64,000 nucleotides of DNA from Acidobacteriota bacterium (GTDB lineage: Bacteria; Acidobacteriota; Vicinamibacteria; Vicinamibacterales; UBA2999), in the NCBI GenBank assembly GCA_016210845.1, contig JACQTK010000041.1, positions 1,781-65,780 of the forward strand, in the 5' to 3' direction. Made by a program: the position numbers and the translations under genes. Below the pieces are notes generated by a model. The model made no database searches. It was not told where the DNA came from and saw only the letters and a list, made by a program, of their open reading frames with translations. Positions 8,747 through 17,462 of the stretch are shown piece after piece; positions within the stretch are counted from its first letter, which is position 1; every line of letters begins with the position of its first letter.

Positions 8747-8823
8747 GCGGCGGCTGAAGCCGCCGCGCTACAGGTGGCACGGGGAACCCCCTTCCCGTGT
8801 AGCGCGGGGGCTTCAGCCCCCGC
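8747..8823. repeat. REP-like unit
   Basis: Reads gcggcggCTGAAGccgccgc GCTACAGG ... CGTGTAGC gcgggggCTTCAGcccccgc. Confidence 0.85.
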
Positions 8824-8831
8824 GTGTGCAT

Positions 8832-10322
8832 ATGCGCGCGATTCCTTGTTTCACGCTGTTCACGGCGATCGTGGCAGCGCTCACTCTGTCTGCCGCCGGC
8901 CAGGACGCCCTTGATCCGGCGGCGAGCTTCCAGCTCGCCGCGCAGTTGTACGACGCTGGCCGGTATCGAGAGGCGCTGGAGGCGTACGACCTGGCGACCC
9001 GTGGCGGCGACGCCGCGTTGGCCGGGCGGGCCCGCCGGGGCAAGGTGCGCGCGGCGCTCCGAGTGGCCGAATTCGAGCTGGCGCGGCGCGAAGCCGAGAC
9101 GCTCGTGGCGGCCCCGGCGGCCGACGCCGAGGCGCGGACGCTGCATGCCGACGCGCTGTGGGCGACCGGACTCTTCGACGAGGCCGATGCCGCATATCGC
9201 ACGGCGCTGGAGGCCGCCCCTGGCTCGGCGCGCGCCCGGTTCGGCCTCGCGCGGTCGCTGGCCACACGCAGCAGGCTCGAGGACGCGCTGGCCGAGGCGT
9301 CCTCCGCCCTGGCGGCCTCGCCCGACGACGCCGAAGTGCACGCGCTGCTCGGCCACGTGTCCGAGCGTCTGGGGCGGTTCGACGAGGCTGCGGATGCCTA
9401 CGAGCGCTACACGGCGCTGCTGCCGATCCGCGAGGATACGATGGCGGCCGTCTTCCTGGCGAAGGTTCAGCTCCTGCGGAGCTTCGCCGGGCGCACGCCG
9501 CTGTCGATCGATCCCCAGACCGCGGGCCGGGTCCACCGCGCGCGCTTCAAGCTCGTCAACAAGAAGATCGTGCTGCAGGGCCGTCTGAACGGCACGGCGG
9601 TGGAGCTCGTGCTCGACACCGGAGCCGAGCGCACGGGCATCTCGCGCGCCACCGCGCGCCGCGCGGGTGTGAGGCCCGTGACCACCACCCTCACCGCGGG
9701 CGTCGGCGCCAGTGTTCGGCGCCTGGATCTCGCGCGCGCCGACAGCCTCGAGATCGGCAGCTTCAAGATTCGCAACGTGCCGGTGTCGATTCGCAACCCT
9801 GCGCCCAACGCCATGCCGCGGTGGCAGAGCGAGAGCTTCTCGCCCATCTCGCTCGGGCTCTCGGTCCTGATCGACTATCAGCGGCAGGAAGTGGCGCTCG
9901 CCAAGACCTTGCCGGCTTCGTCCGCCGACGTCCGCCTGCCGATGCGCGTGAACCGGCTGCCGATGGTGCGCGGGCTGCTCAACTCCACGCGTCCCGCGTA
10001 CTTCGTGGTCGACACGGGCGGCGAGGTGATCTCGATCAGTGCGGAGACGGCCCGCGCGCTGGCGATGATGCCGGTACGGCGGATCCCGCTCCGCGTGTAC
10101 GGCATGTCGGGGTGGGACAGCGAGGCGTTCCTGCTGCCAGGCGTCGATCTCGACTTCGACGCGATCGAGTATCGCAAGGTGGGGCTGGCGGTGCTCAACC
10201 TCCGCGCGCCGAGCGTGTTCCTGGGCTTCCAGCTCGGCGGCATCGTCGGCCACGAGTTCCTGAGCGACTACCGCGTGTCGATGGACGTGGGGCGAAGCGA
10301 GCTGCGGCTGGAGAAGCCGTGA
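8832..10322 (+). CDS. paralog of the TPR / dual retropepsin-like aspartic protease
   Basis: Track ORF 8826..10322; ATG 8832 gives MRAIPCFTLFTAIVAALTLSAAG. Collinear with the upstream gene (VLDTGAERT, VVDTGGEVIS, identical ...RPAYFVVDTGGEVISIS... block). Confidence 0.8.
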   Translation: MRAIPCFTLFTAIVAALTLSAAGQDALDPAASFQLAAQLYDAGRYREALEAYDLATRGGDAALAGRARRGKVRAALRVAEFELARREAETLVAAPAADAEARTLHADALWATGLFDEADAAYRTALEAAPGSARARFGLARSLATRSRLEDALAEASSALAASPDDAEVHALLGHVSERLGRFDEAADAYERYTALLPIREDTMAAVFLAKVQLLRSFAGRTPLSIDPQTAGRVHRARFKLVNKKIVLQGRLNGTAVELVLDTGAERTGISRATARRAGVRPVTTTLTAGVGASVRRLDLARADSLEIGSFKIRNVPVSIRNPAPNAMPRWQSESFSPISLGLSVLIDYQRQEVALAKTLPASSADVRLPMRVNRLPMVRGLLNSTRPAYFVVDTGGEVISISAETARALAMMPVRRIPLRVYGMSGWDSEAFLLPGVDLDFDAIEYRKVGLAVLNLRAPSVFLGFQLGGIVGHEFLSDYRVSMDVGRSELRLEKP

Positions 10323-10326
10323 AGGC

Positions 10327-10414
10327 GCGGCGGCTGAAGCCGCCGCGCTACACCATTCCGTGTGGCGCGCGAACGTTGCGCCGTTACCTGTAGAGCGCAC
10401 GCTTCAGCGTGCGC
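10327..10414. repeat. REP-like unit
   Basis: Reads gcggcggCTGAAGccgccgc GCTACACC ... TACCTGTAGA gcgcacgCTTCAGcgtgcgc. Confidence 0.85.
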
Positions 10415-10438
10415 GATCAGACGCGATCAGATCAGCGA

Positions 10439-13400
10439 TCAGAAGTCGTACCCGATCCACATCGCGAACCGCGGCTTGCGGAACGCGGCGCTGCCGCCCT
10501 GGGCGGCGAATCGCAGGTCCTCCCACTCCTTGTTGAAGAGGGTCCGCCACGCCCAGTCGAAGTGCACCGGAAAGCCGAGCGCAAAGGTCTCGAGGCCGAT
10601 GCCGTACGAGGCGCGCGCGTCCACCAGCCGGAAGCCGTCCACGCGGACCGGGGTCCCGAGGATCTCGGAGCGGATGCCCGTGAACGGATTCACGACGTAG
10701 TCGACGACGGGCGTGAAGGACTCGGCGCTGTTCGACCACCACTTGAACGGCTGACCCTCGAAGCGGCCGCCTCCCATGTTGGCGAAGAGCACCCCCCGGA
10801 TGCCGCCGAGCACGCCGATCGGCGTGAGCATCGCCTCGATGAAGGGGAACCGCAGCTCGGCGTTCAGGAAGGCCGACTCGGAGCCGATGAACTCGAGGTA
10901 CTCGTAGCCCCGCATCTCCGAGTTGCCGCCGAAGTACATGAAGTCGGGCGCATCGCCCCAGCTCTTGAACCCCCGCGCGCGCAGCGCCAGCAGCCCCGTG
11001 CCGCCGAGACGCAGGTAGTAGCGCGCGTCGAGGTCCGCCGTCTGGCGCGACAGCGTGTCGCCGATGCCGGGCGACACCTCGTAGGAGAGCCGCATGGTGT
11101 TCCCCGCCAGCGGGCCGAACTCGCGGAACACCGTCGTCTCCTGGACGTAGTTGACGCCGAGCGGCACGTACGTGCCGTTCTGGAAGAGCCGGCGGCCGAA
11201 CTGCTCCTGCTGGAACTGCTCGGAGAACGCCTGCAGCCCCGGGTCGTTGAACGACTGGGAGTACTGGAGCACGCCGCCGAAGAGCTCGAGCCGCCGGTAC
11301 CGGTCGAACGGCCAGATGCCGAAGACGCTGCCCCCCCGCACCGTGCGCGTGGCCACCGCGAGATCGCGGCTGATCAGGCCCGCGACCTCCGAGGGGTAGA
11401 AGACGTTCTCGAGCGCGCCGTAGTAGAACTGCGTCGCGGAGTACGCCTGGACCGCGTAGTTGAAGCGGCGCGCGATGTTCAGGTACGAGAACGCCAGCGT
11501 CCGGTACTGTGAGACCGACGCCGCGTAGAGGCTGAACTGCTTGTCGCCCAGCACGTCGCTGAACGTCACCGCCGATCCGCCGAACACGTCGCCGCCGCTC
11601 GTCACCCCGACGTTCACCGGCGGACGGCCGTCCAGGAACATCTTCTCGAACGCGCCCTTCTCGCGCTTCTTTTCCGCGATGAGCGTGTGCGAGAGGGGCG
11701 CCTGGAAATCGATGATCGGACCCGGCTCGCCGAAGTCGGACGTGGCCGCCGTGACGATCGGGTCGCGCCGATCGAGGGCGTGCAGCTCGTACTCGGCCTT
11801 GTAATAGCTGACGAAGGCGATCCGCGGGTTCGCCGTCCCGTCGCGGAGCGCGACGGCCGACGTGTTGCCGCCGAGCGCGTCGGTGTACTGCCGCAGCTCG
11901 CCGGTCTTCAGGCTGAGCGTCCAGATGTTGTAGATGTTCCCGTTGCGCGCCACCTCGGCGTCGATCGGCTGCGCGGGGTCGGTGGCCGTCGACGAGAAGA
12001 CGATCGTGTCGTCGTCCAGGAACTGGGCGGACGAGTCGTCGTGCGTGCCGAAGGTGAGCTGCGTCTTGGCGCCCGTGGCCAGGTCGAGGCGGAAGAGCTT
12101 CTCGTTGCCGCTGATGCGGGCCACGTAGACGATCGAGCGGCCGTCAGGCGACCACGTGGGGCCCGAGTCCGCGAAGTCGTCCTTCGTCAGGTTGGTGACC
12201 TGATCGGTCTGGAGGTCGAGGACGAAGATGTCGCCGACGCCGCCCTGCAGCGCCGCGAACGCCACCCGCCGTCCGTCCGGCGAGATGTCGGGCGACTCGG
12301 GGTCGTCCACCGTGGCCATGTCGACCCGCTGCTCGATGTCGCGGTTGAGCACGTTCTGCAGGATCAGCGTGCGCGACTTCTCGCGCCGGACGAAGTAGGC
12401 AAGCCGATCGCCCGACGGCGACCACGAGAGCCACGGCACGGTGTTGAACCGCATGCCGGGCTGGATGATGAACTCGAAGCCGTGGTCCTGATCGAAGCCT
12501 GGCGTCAGGTTGCGGATGATCGACCCGTCCTTCGAGGAGACCAGCACGATGTCCAGCTCGCGGTCGCGCCGGTTGCCCGTGACCATCGCGATCAGGTCGC
12601 CGGAGGGCGACGGCTCGATCGACGCCGCGCCGTTGAACCGCGTCTTCTCCGGATCCGGCGCCAGGTTCCGGCCGTAGTCCGCCGGCCGCTCCTTGTCGCG
12701 GAACGGCTTGAAGCGGTCCTTCAGGTACTTGTCGAACTGCTGGTCGAACTCCTCGGCCGAGATGCGGAACGCCTCCATGTAGGCGTCGTCGCCGCCGCCG
12801 ATCACCGCCTTGCGCAGCGCGAAGAGGTACTGCCGGATGCCCTCCTTGCCCCACCGCGACTCGATGAACTCGAACACGGCGTGGCCCAGGTTGTAGATCA
12901 TCCGCACGCTGCCGACGTTCGTGTAGCCCTCGAGCTCGGTCATCTTCGGGATGATGTCGGCCACCGCCGCGTCGCGGACGGTCATCAGGTCGATCGGACG
13001 CCACACACCCGTCATGTAGTCGGACAGCCCCTCGTTGACCCACAGCGGCACGCTGCGGCGGACGAGCGACGTGGGGATCATGTCGAACTCGAACTGGTGG
13101 GTCAGCTCGTGGACGATCAGCCGGTACAGCAGGTCGGGCGGGTCGTCGAGCGGCATCACGATGCGGCCCCGCATCGGTTCCGCGAAGGCGCCGACGCCCT
13201 CCTGGGCGGCGCCCGGGATCACGTTCTGCTGCTGGAACTCGCTGCTCGTCTTGAAGAGGATGAGCTGGACCTTGGGTGCCAGGTCGTATTTCAGCTCCCC
13301 GCTGACGTGCTGGTAGGCGCTCTCCGCGTAGCTGGCCACCCGCTCGAGATGCTGCTCGATCTCGGGGTAGTAGTAGATCTCGAAGTGGTCGGTCTCGTAG

Positions 13401-13555
13401 ATGAACCAGCGGAAGTTGTCGTAGCGGATCTGGTTCTTGCCGAAGTACGGAATGAACGGTGTGCCCTGCGCCCACGCCACGAGCGGCGCGGACACGAAGG
13501 CCAGGAAGACTGCTGCAGCCGGGAGCAGCGCCCCGCACCGGGTGCGGTTGCTCAT
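10439..13555 (-). CDS. large outer-membrane protein: MA-clan metallopeptidase-like domain + PD40/TolB-like beta-propeller repeats + Omp85 (BamA/D15-type) barrel
   Basis: Internal ATG (MSNRTRCGALLPAAAVFLAFVSAPLVAWAQG) of track ORF 10439..13603. Has HELTH...NEGLSDY, repeated SPDG/SWSPDG PD40 motifs, a C-terminal barrel (FGGNSEMRGYEY ... NAELRFP) and ends ...WIGYDF. Confidence 0.85.
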   Translation of the reverse strand: MSNRTRCGALLPAAAVFLAFVSAPLVAWAQGTPFIPYFGKNQIRYDNFRWFIYETDHFEIYYYPEIEQHLERVASYAESAYQHVSGELKYDLAPKVQLILFKTSSEFQQQNVIPGAAQEGVGAFAEPMRGRIVMPLDDPPDLLYRLIVHELTHQFEFDMIPTSLVRRSVPLWVNEGLSDYMTGVWRPIDLMTVRDAAVADIIPKMTELEGYTNVGSVRMIYNLGHAVFEFIESRWGKEGIRQYLFALRKAVIGGGDDAYMEAFRISAEEFDQQFDKYLKDRFKPFRDKERPADYGRNLAPDPEKTRFNGAASIEPSPSGDLIAMVTGNRRDRELDIVLVSSKDGSIIRNLTPGFDQDHGFEFIIQPGMRFNTVPWLSWSPSGDRLAYFVRREKSRTLILQNVLNRDIEQRVDMATVDDPESPDISPDGRRVAFAALQGGVGDIFVLDLQTDQVTNLTKDDFADSGPTWSPDGRSIVYVARISGNEKLFRLDLATGAKTQLTFGTHDDSSAQFLDDDTIVFSSTATDPAQPIDAEVARNGNIYNIWTLSLKTGELRQYTDALGGNTSAVALRDGTANPRIAFVSYYKAEYELHALDRRDPIVTAATSDFGEPGPIIDFQAPLSHTLIAEKKREKGAFEKMFLDGRPPVNVGVTSGGDVFGGSAVTFSDVLGDKQFSLYAASVSQYRTLAFSYLNIARRFNYAVQAYSATQFYYGALENVFYPSEVAGLISRDLAVATRTVRGGSVFGIWPFDRYRRLELFGGVLQYSQSFNDPGLQAFSEQFQQEQFGRRLFQNGTYVPLGVNYVQETTVFREFGPLAGNTMRLSYEVSPGIGDTLSRQTADLDARYYLRLGGTGLLALRARGFKSWGDAPDFMYFGGNSEMRGYEYLEFIGSESAFLNAELRFPFIEAMLTPIGVLGGIRGVLFANMGGGRFEGQPFKWWSNSAESFTPVVDYVVNPFTGIRSEILGTPVRVDGFRLVDARASYGIGLETFALGFPVHFDWAWRTLFNKEWEDLRFAAQGGSAAFRKPRFAMWIGYDF

Positions 13556-13593
13556 GGAAATTCTCCTCGCAGGGGCGTGCCCCGCATCTACTG

Positions 13594-13733
13594 GACCAGC
13601 CAAGGGGCTAACCGCTCGATATCGCTGGCAGCACCCCTTGGCTGGTCAGCCAGCATCGGCTTGGCGCGCTCCGCGCGCCGAAGACCGCTCTACGGCTCCC
13701 TCACGAGTACAGATCGGAGCCGTAGAGCGGTCT
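13594..13733 (+). repeat. three-hairpin composite element, copy 3
   Basis: A-B-C order. The C stem is the variant GACCGCTCTACGGCTCC..GGAGCCGTAGAGCGGTC, with compensatory changes. Confidence 0.85.
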
Positions 13734-13959
13734 CGACGACCAGAAGTATGCTCGCATCTTACTGCCGACGGTTTGGAACTCGCAATCCACGTCCGACGCC
13801 GCGGCAGCAAAGGACGTACCGATGAGGTCGGAGGCCATCTCCGGCGGAAGTCTCAGGTTCGCGTCGCGCGGGCGAAGTCGGCACGCTACACTGCCCCCTG
13901 GAGAGCGCACGGAATAAACAAGCCAGGCTTCGGGGTTTCACAGGAGGGCCTGAAAGACG

Positions 13960-14553
13960 ATGTTCGGACGCCAGTCGCGGTCAGGCCTTGGAGCGGGGGA
14001 CGGCCCGGACGGTGCTCGCAGCGTGGCTGACGAGGCGCTGGGCCTTCTCGAGCCGATGTATGCCGCGGCGCTGCGCCTGACGCGCAACCGCGCCGATGCC
14101 GAGGATCTGGTGCAGGACACGTTCGTCAAGGCGCTCCGGTTCGGTCATCGGTACACGCCCGGGACCAACCTGAAAGCGTGGCTGTTGACCATCCTCCACA
14201 ACAGCTGGAGGAATCGCGTGCGCGGACGCGCGCGCGGCCGGCTGGACGTGGACAGCTCGCGGGTCGAGGATGCTGCCCTTGCGGGAAGCGCTGCGGCGCC
14301 GGACACGCCGGAGGCCGTTCTGCTGCGCGACACGCTGGACGCCGACCTGCAAGCGGCGCTCGACAGCCTCCCGGAGGCCTTTCGCGAGGCGGTCTGGCTG
14401 CGCGACGTCGAGGAGCTGTCGTACGCGGAGATCAGCAGCGTGCTCGCCGTGCCGCTGGGCACGGTCATGTCGCGCATCTCCAGAGGCCGACGCCTGTTGC
14501 ACGAGCGGCTCGCCGAGAAGCGGCTGGAAACCAGCCAAGGGGCTGCCCGTTGA
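13960..14553 (+). CDS. ECF-type RNA polymerase sigma factor
   Basis: Has region 2 (DAEDLVQDTFVKALR) and region 4 (LSYAEISSVLAVPLGTVMSRISRGR). Confidence 0.9.
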   Translation: MFGRQSRSGLGAGDGPDGARSVADEALGLLEPMYAAALRLTRNRADAEDLVQDTFVKALRFGHRYTPGTNLKAWLLTILHNSWRNRVRGRARGRLDVDSSRVEDAALAGSAAAPDTPEAVLLRDTLDADLQAALDSLPEAFREAVWLRDVEELSYAEISSVLAVPLGTVMSRISRGRRLLHERLAEKRLETSQGAAR

Positions 14554-14674
14554 CACCCCTGGCAGCACCCCTTGGCTGGTTAACCAGTCTCTGCTGGGCG
14601 CGCTCCGCGCGCCTGGGACCGCTATACGGCTCCGCACGACACACGAGAATCTCGTTCGGGCCGTATAGCGGTCC
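14529..14674 (+). repeat. three-hairpin composite element, copy 4 (between sigma and anti-sigma genes)
   Basis: A-B-C order. The C stem is the variant CTATACGG/CCGTATAG. Confidence 0.9.
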
Positions 14675-14689
14675 AGGACGGGGTAGGAA

Positions 14690-15454
14690 ATGGCCATGAC
14701 CGACTGCGATCGCACTGCCGAGCGCCTTGCTGCCTACGCCGACGGGAGCCTGCCGCCGCCCGAGTGGGCCGACGTCGACCGGCACCTGCAGGCCTGCCCT
14801 CCCTGCCGCAAGGCGGCATCGCAGGAGCATGGGGCTTGCTCCCTCGTCCGCGCCCGGGCAGCGGAGCTCCGCGCGCAGCCGCTGCCGCCTGGCCTGCGCT
14901 CGCGCTGCGAGGCGCTGGCGCGCGAGCACGCCCGCAATCCGGTCTCTCGATGGCGCGCCCGCCTGGTCCCGGTTGCGGCGACCGCGATCGTGCTCGTCTT
15001 CGCGGGGACGGCGATCCTGTCGCTGGCCACGCGGCGCTCGAACACGCTGCTGGCCGCCCAGTTGACCGCCGACCACTCCAGATGCTTCAGCCAGTTCGTG
15101 ACGCCCGACGCCCGGGGGCTCGACGCCCGCGAGGTGGAGGCGGACCTGGCCAATCGGTTCGGCTGGGACCTCCACGTACCGCCCGGTGTGGACGCCGAGG
15201 GCGTGCGCCTGGTCCATGCGAGACGATGCCTGTACGCGGACGGAAGGATTCCGCATATCCTCTACCGCGTGAACGGGCACGACGTGTCCCTGTTCATGAT
15301 CGAGGGCGTGGCGCGCGGAGAGGCCGAGGTGACGGCGTTCGGCCACCGGTCGCGCATCTGGACGCGCGGCGGCACGACCTTCGTGCTCGTGGCCTCCGAG
15401 GGCGCTGGCGAACTGGCGAGCCTTGTCCGGTATGTGAGGCAGCAAGCCCGATAA
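14690..15454 (+). CDS. anti-sigma factor (zinc-binding ZAS type, single TM)
   Basis: Has HLQACPPC (H-x3-C-x2-C) near the N-terminus and a TM segment LVPVAATAIVLVFAGTAILSL. Follows an ECF sigma gene. Confidence 0.8.
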   Translation: MAMTDCDRTAERLAAYADGSLPPPEWADVDRHLQACPPCRKAASQEHGACSLVRARAAELRAQPLPPGLRSRCEALAREHARNPVSRWRARLVPVAATAIVLVFAGTAILSLATRRSNTLLAAQLTADHSRCFSQFVTPDARGLDAREVEADLANRFGWDLHVPPGVDAEGVRLVHARRCLYADGRIPHILYRVNGHDVSLFMIEGVARGEAEVTAFGHRSRIWTRGGTTFVLVASEGAGELASLVRYVRQQAR

Positions 15455-15493
15455 GAAGGCCCCGGGGCCCAGGCCCCAGGCCTCGGGCCCCAG

Positions 15494-15525
15494 TGTAGGG
15501 GCCGACCTTCAGGTCGGCCCCTACA
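15494..15525. repeat. REP-like hairpin
   Basis: Reads TGTAGgggccgacCTTCAGgtcggcccCTACA, preceded by GGCCCC(A/G) tandem repeats at 15455-15493. Confidence 0.85.
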
Positions 15526-15542
15526 GTAGAATGAGGCGAGCG

Positions 15543-16202
15543 ATGAACAACGACAGCCCCGACGTCCCGAATACGACCCCGGATGCGGCGGCCGGATCGG
15601 TGCCTCCTGTCGAGCCGCCTGGCGGCGTGAGCCGCCGGAGGGCCTGGATCGGGATGGGGGCGGTGGCCCTGGCGCTCGTGATGCTCATGATGATTCCCGA
15701 GCCTGGCGCCGTCGATCCCAATGCGCCGCCGCCTCCCGCCGATCCCGGAGTGCTGGCCCCCGACGGCGAAGGCGACGCCTCCGTGGCCGGCAAGGACGCG
15801 CCGCTCAATTACACGCTGAAGGACGCCAACGGCGTCGACGTGAACCTGCGATCCTTCATGGGTAAGGTCATCCTGATCAACTTCTGGGCGACCTGGTGCG
15901 GTCCGTGCCGCGTGGAGATTCCCTACCTGATCGAGCTGCAAAAGCAGTACGCCGACGATCTCGTCGTGCTCGGCATCTCGGTGGACGACACGCCCGAGAA
16001 GATGCAGCCGTATGCCGAGGCCATGCAGATCAACTATCCTCTGCTCGTCGGTCTTGGACGCGACGACGTGCAGGACGCGTACGGGCCGCTGTGGGGGATT
16101 CCGGTGTCGGTGTTCGTGGGGCGCGACGGGAAGATCGTGAAGAAGCACTCGGGCATCGCATCCAAGGAGCAGTTCGAGCGCGAGATCGTCGCCGCGCTGT
16201 AG
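15543..16202 (+). CDS. TlpA-family thiol:disulfide oxidoreductase (membrane-anchored thioredoxin fold)
   Basis: Has the WATWCGPC active site. Track ORF starts at 15531, but that ATG lies inside a TAGAAT box, so 15543 is preferred. Confidence 0.9.
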   Translation: MNNDSPDVPNTTPDAAAGSVPPVEPPGGVSRRRAWIGMGAVALALVMLMMIPEPGAVDPNAPPPPADPGVLAPDGEGDASVAGKDAPLNYTLKDANGVDVNLRSFMGKVILINFWATWCGPCRVEIPYLIELQKQYADDLVVLGISVDDTPEKMQPYAEAMQINYPLLVGLGRDDVQDAYGPLWGIPVSVFVGRDGKIVKKHSGIASKEQFEREIVAAL

Positions 16203-16214
16203 TATGATCGGCCT

Positions 16215-16439
16215 ATGCTGAAGGGCTTCACGCACGCCCGCCTCGCCTGCGGCTGCAGGCTGACGTTCCGCGAGGGCGTCGAAGGCAGTCCCGTGACGGT
16301 GGTCATCGAGGAGAAGGGCGCCCACTGCGTGATGCCGCTGCACGTCCGCCACCTGCCCGTGTTCGATTTCCGCGAGGCCCTGCGTCCTCCGACGCGGTTC
16401 CTGCCCCTGGAAGAAGAAGGATTCGAGGAAGAAGGCTGA
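16215..16439 (+). CDS. small Cys/His protein (CGC...C...H..H), hypothetical
   Basis: Track ORF, followed by a canonical terminator. Has a paralog at 62377..62553. Confidence 0.45.
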   Translation: MLKGFTHARLACGCRLTFREGVEGSPVTVVIEEKGAHCVMPLHVRHLPVFDFREALRPPTRFLPLEEEGFEEEG

Positions 16440-16442
16440 TCT

Positions 16443-16560
16443 TAGTAGGCAGTAGGCAGTAGGCAGTCGGCAGTCGGCAGTCGGTCGTTCCGAAGGCGCT
16501 GTGTTGCAGCGCCTTTTCGTTTTTTGGGACTGCCCGCTGCCTACTGCCTACTGCCTACTG
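16443..16560. repeat. hairpin arms built from tandem heptamers (GGCAGTA/GGCAGTC)n ... (TACTGCC)n
   Basis: The left arm has 6 direct heptamers and the right arm has inverted copies. They flank the terminator. Confidence 0.85.
16493..16525 (+). terminator. rho-independent terminator
   Basis: Stem AAGGCGCTG / CAGCGCCTT, loop TGTTG, then TTCGTTTTTT. Confidence 0.75.
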
Positions 16561-17289
16561 AAATTGCACCTTCAACTCCGCCACGAGCGGCAGATGGTCC
16601 GACGCCATCAGCGACAGCCGCGTGCGCGGCAGTTCCAGCTTCGAGACCTCCACCTTGCCGTCGTAATAGATGTGATCGAGGTGCAGCACCGGGAAGACGC
16701 CCGGGTACGTCCGGCGGCGGCGCAGGTGCGCCCGCAGGTCGATGCTCTTCAGCCGCTCGCTGAGCATCTGCGTGGCCAGCCCCCGCATCCACTCGTTGAA
16801 GTCGCCCAGCACGATCTTCGGCTGGCCGACACGCCGGTCGTGGACGATGGCCCCCAGGCGCTCGGCCTGGTGGCGCCGCTCGAGAAACGCCGTGCCGAGG
16901 TGCACGTTGTACAGGTGCAGCGTGTCGTTGCCGACGGCGATGTCGACGCGCTGGCAGCACCGCGGCTCGCACGTCTTCCACGACAGGTCGTACTGCGCGT
17001 GCTGGAGGATCGGAAAACGGCTCAGCACCACGTTGCCGAACAGGGCCCGCCGCAAGTGGCGGGCCGGCGCCATGACCCACCCCATCCCCAGCAGCGCCCC
17101 CAGTTCCTCCGCATGGCCCGGCGTGCTCGGGCCTGCGCCGACGACCTCCTGCAGCGCCATCACGTCGGGATCGATGGCGCGGATGACCGCGGCGACCCGC
17201 GCGGGGTTGGTTCGGCCGTCCAGCCCGCGGCAGCGGTGGACGTTGTAGGTGGCGACTCGGAGCGTCCGCCAGCGGGCCTCGGTGGTCAT
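16555..17289 (-). CDS. endonuclease/exonuclease/phosphatase (EEP) family protein
   Basis: Internal ATG (MTTEARWRTLRVATYNVH...) of track ORF 16555..17385. Has ALQEV, GDFNEW and SDHLPL motifs. Confidence 0.85.
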   Translation of the reverse strand: MTTEARWRTLRVATYNVHRCRGLDGRTNPARVAAVIRAIDPDVMALQEVVGAGPSTPGHAEELGALLGMGWVMAPARHLRRALFGNVVLSRFPILQHAQYDLSWKTCEPRCCQRVDIAVGNDTLHLYNVHLGTAFLERRHQAERLGAIVHDRRVGQPKIVLGDFNEWMRGLATQMLSERLKSIDLRAHLRRRRTYPGVFPVLHLDHIYYDGKVEVSKLELPRTRLSLMASDHLPLVAELKVQFQ

Positions 17290-17290
17290 T

Positions 17291-17444
17291 GGACCGCTAT
17301 GCGGCTCCGAACGAAAATCCTGTACGCGTGGCCGGTCCGCATAGCGGTCCTCGGCGCGCGGAGCGCGCCAAGCAGATACTGGCAACCAGCCAAGGGCTCG
17401 ATTCTATGAGCAAGGGGATATCAACGGCGAGCCCTTGGCTGGTT
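17291..17444 (-). repeat. three-hairpin composite element, copy 5
   Basis: C-B-A order on the plus strand. Hairpin C ends 1 nt from the EEP ATG (17289). Confidence 0.9.
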
Positions 17445-17450
17445 GGTGGG

Positions 17451-17456
17451 TAGAAT
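17451..17456 (+). promoter_or_regulatory. putative -10 box TAGAAT, 6 nt before ATG 17463 (leaderless mRNA?)
   Basis: Hexamer and spacing only; no -35 recognised. Confidence 0.3.
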
Positions 17457-17462
17457 ACTCGT

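Noticed and set aside
13625-13645. Sigma-54-like TGGCA(G/C)...TTGG inside hairpin A of the three-hairpin element (CTGGCAGCACCCCTTGGCT).
   Set aside because: The GG-to-TTG spacing is one nt off consensus and varies between copies. TTGG replaces TTGC. The sequence is better explained as the stem of hairpin A.
16443-16560. Tandem 7-8-mer arrays as possible CRISPR arrays (also 6133-6240, 54605-54700, 56467-56560).
   Set aside because: The units are contiguous with no spacers, only 7-8 nt long, and arranged as inverted arms. No cas genes are present.
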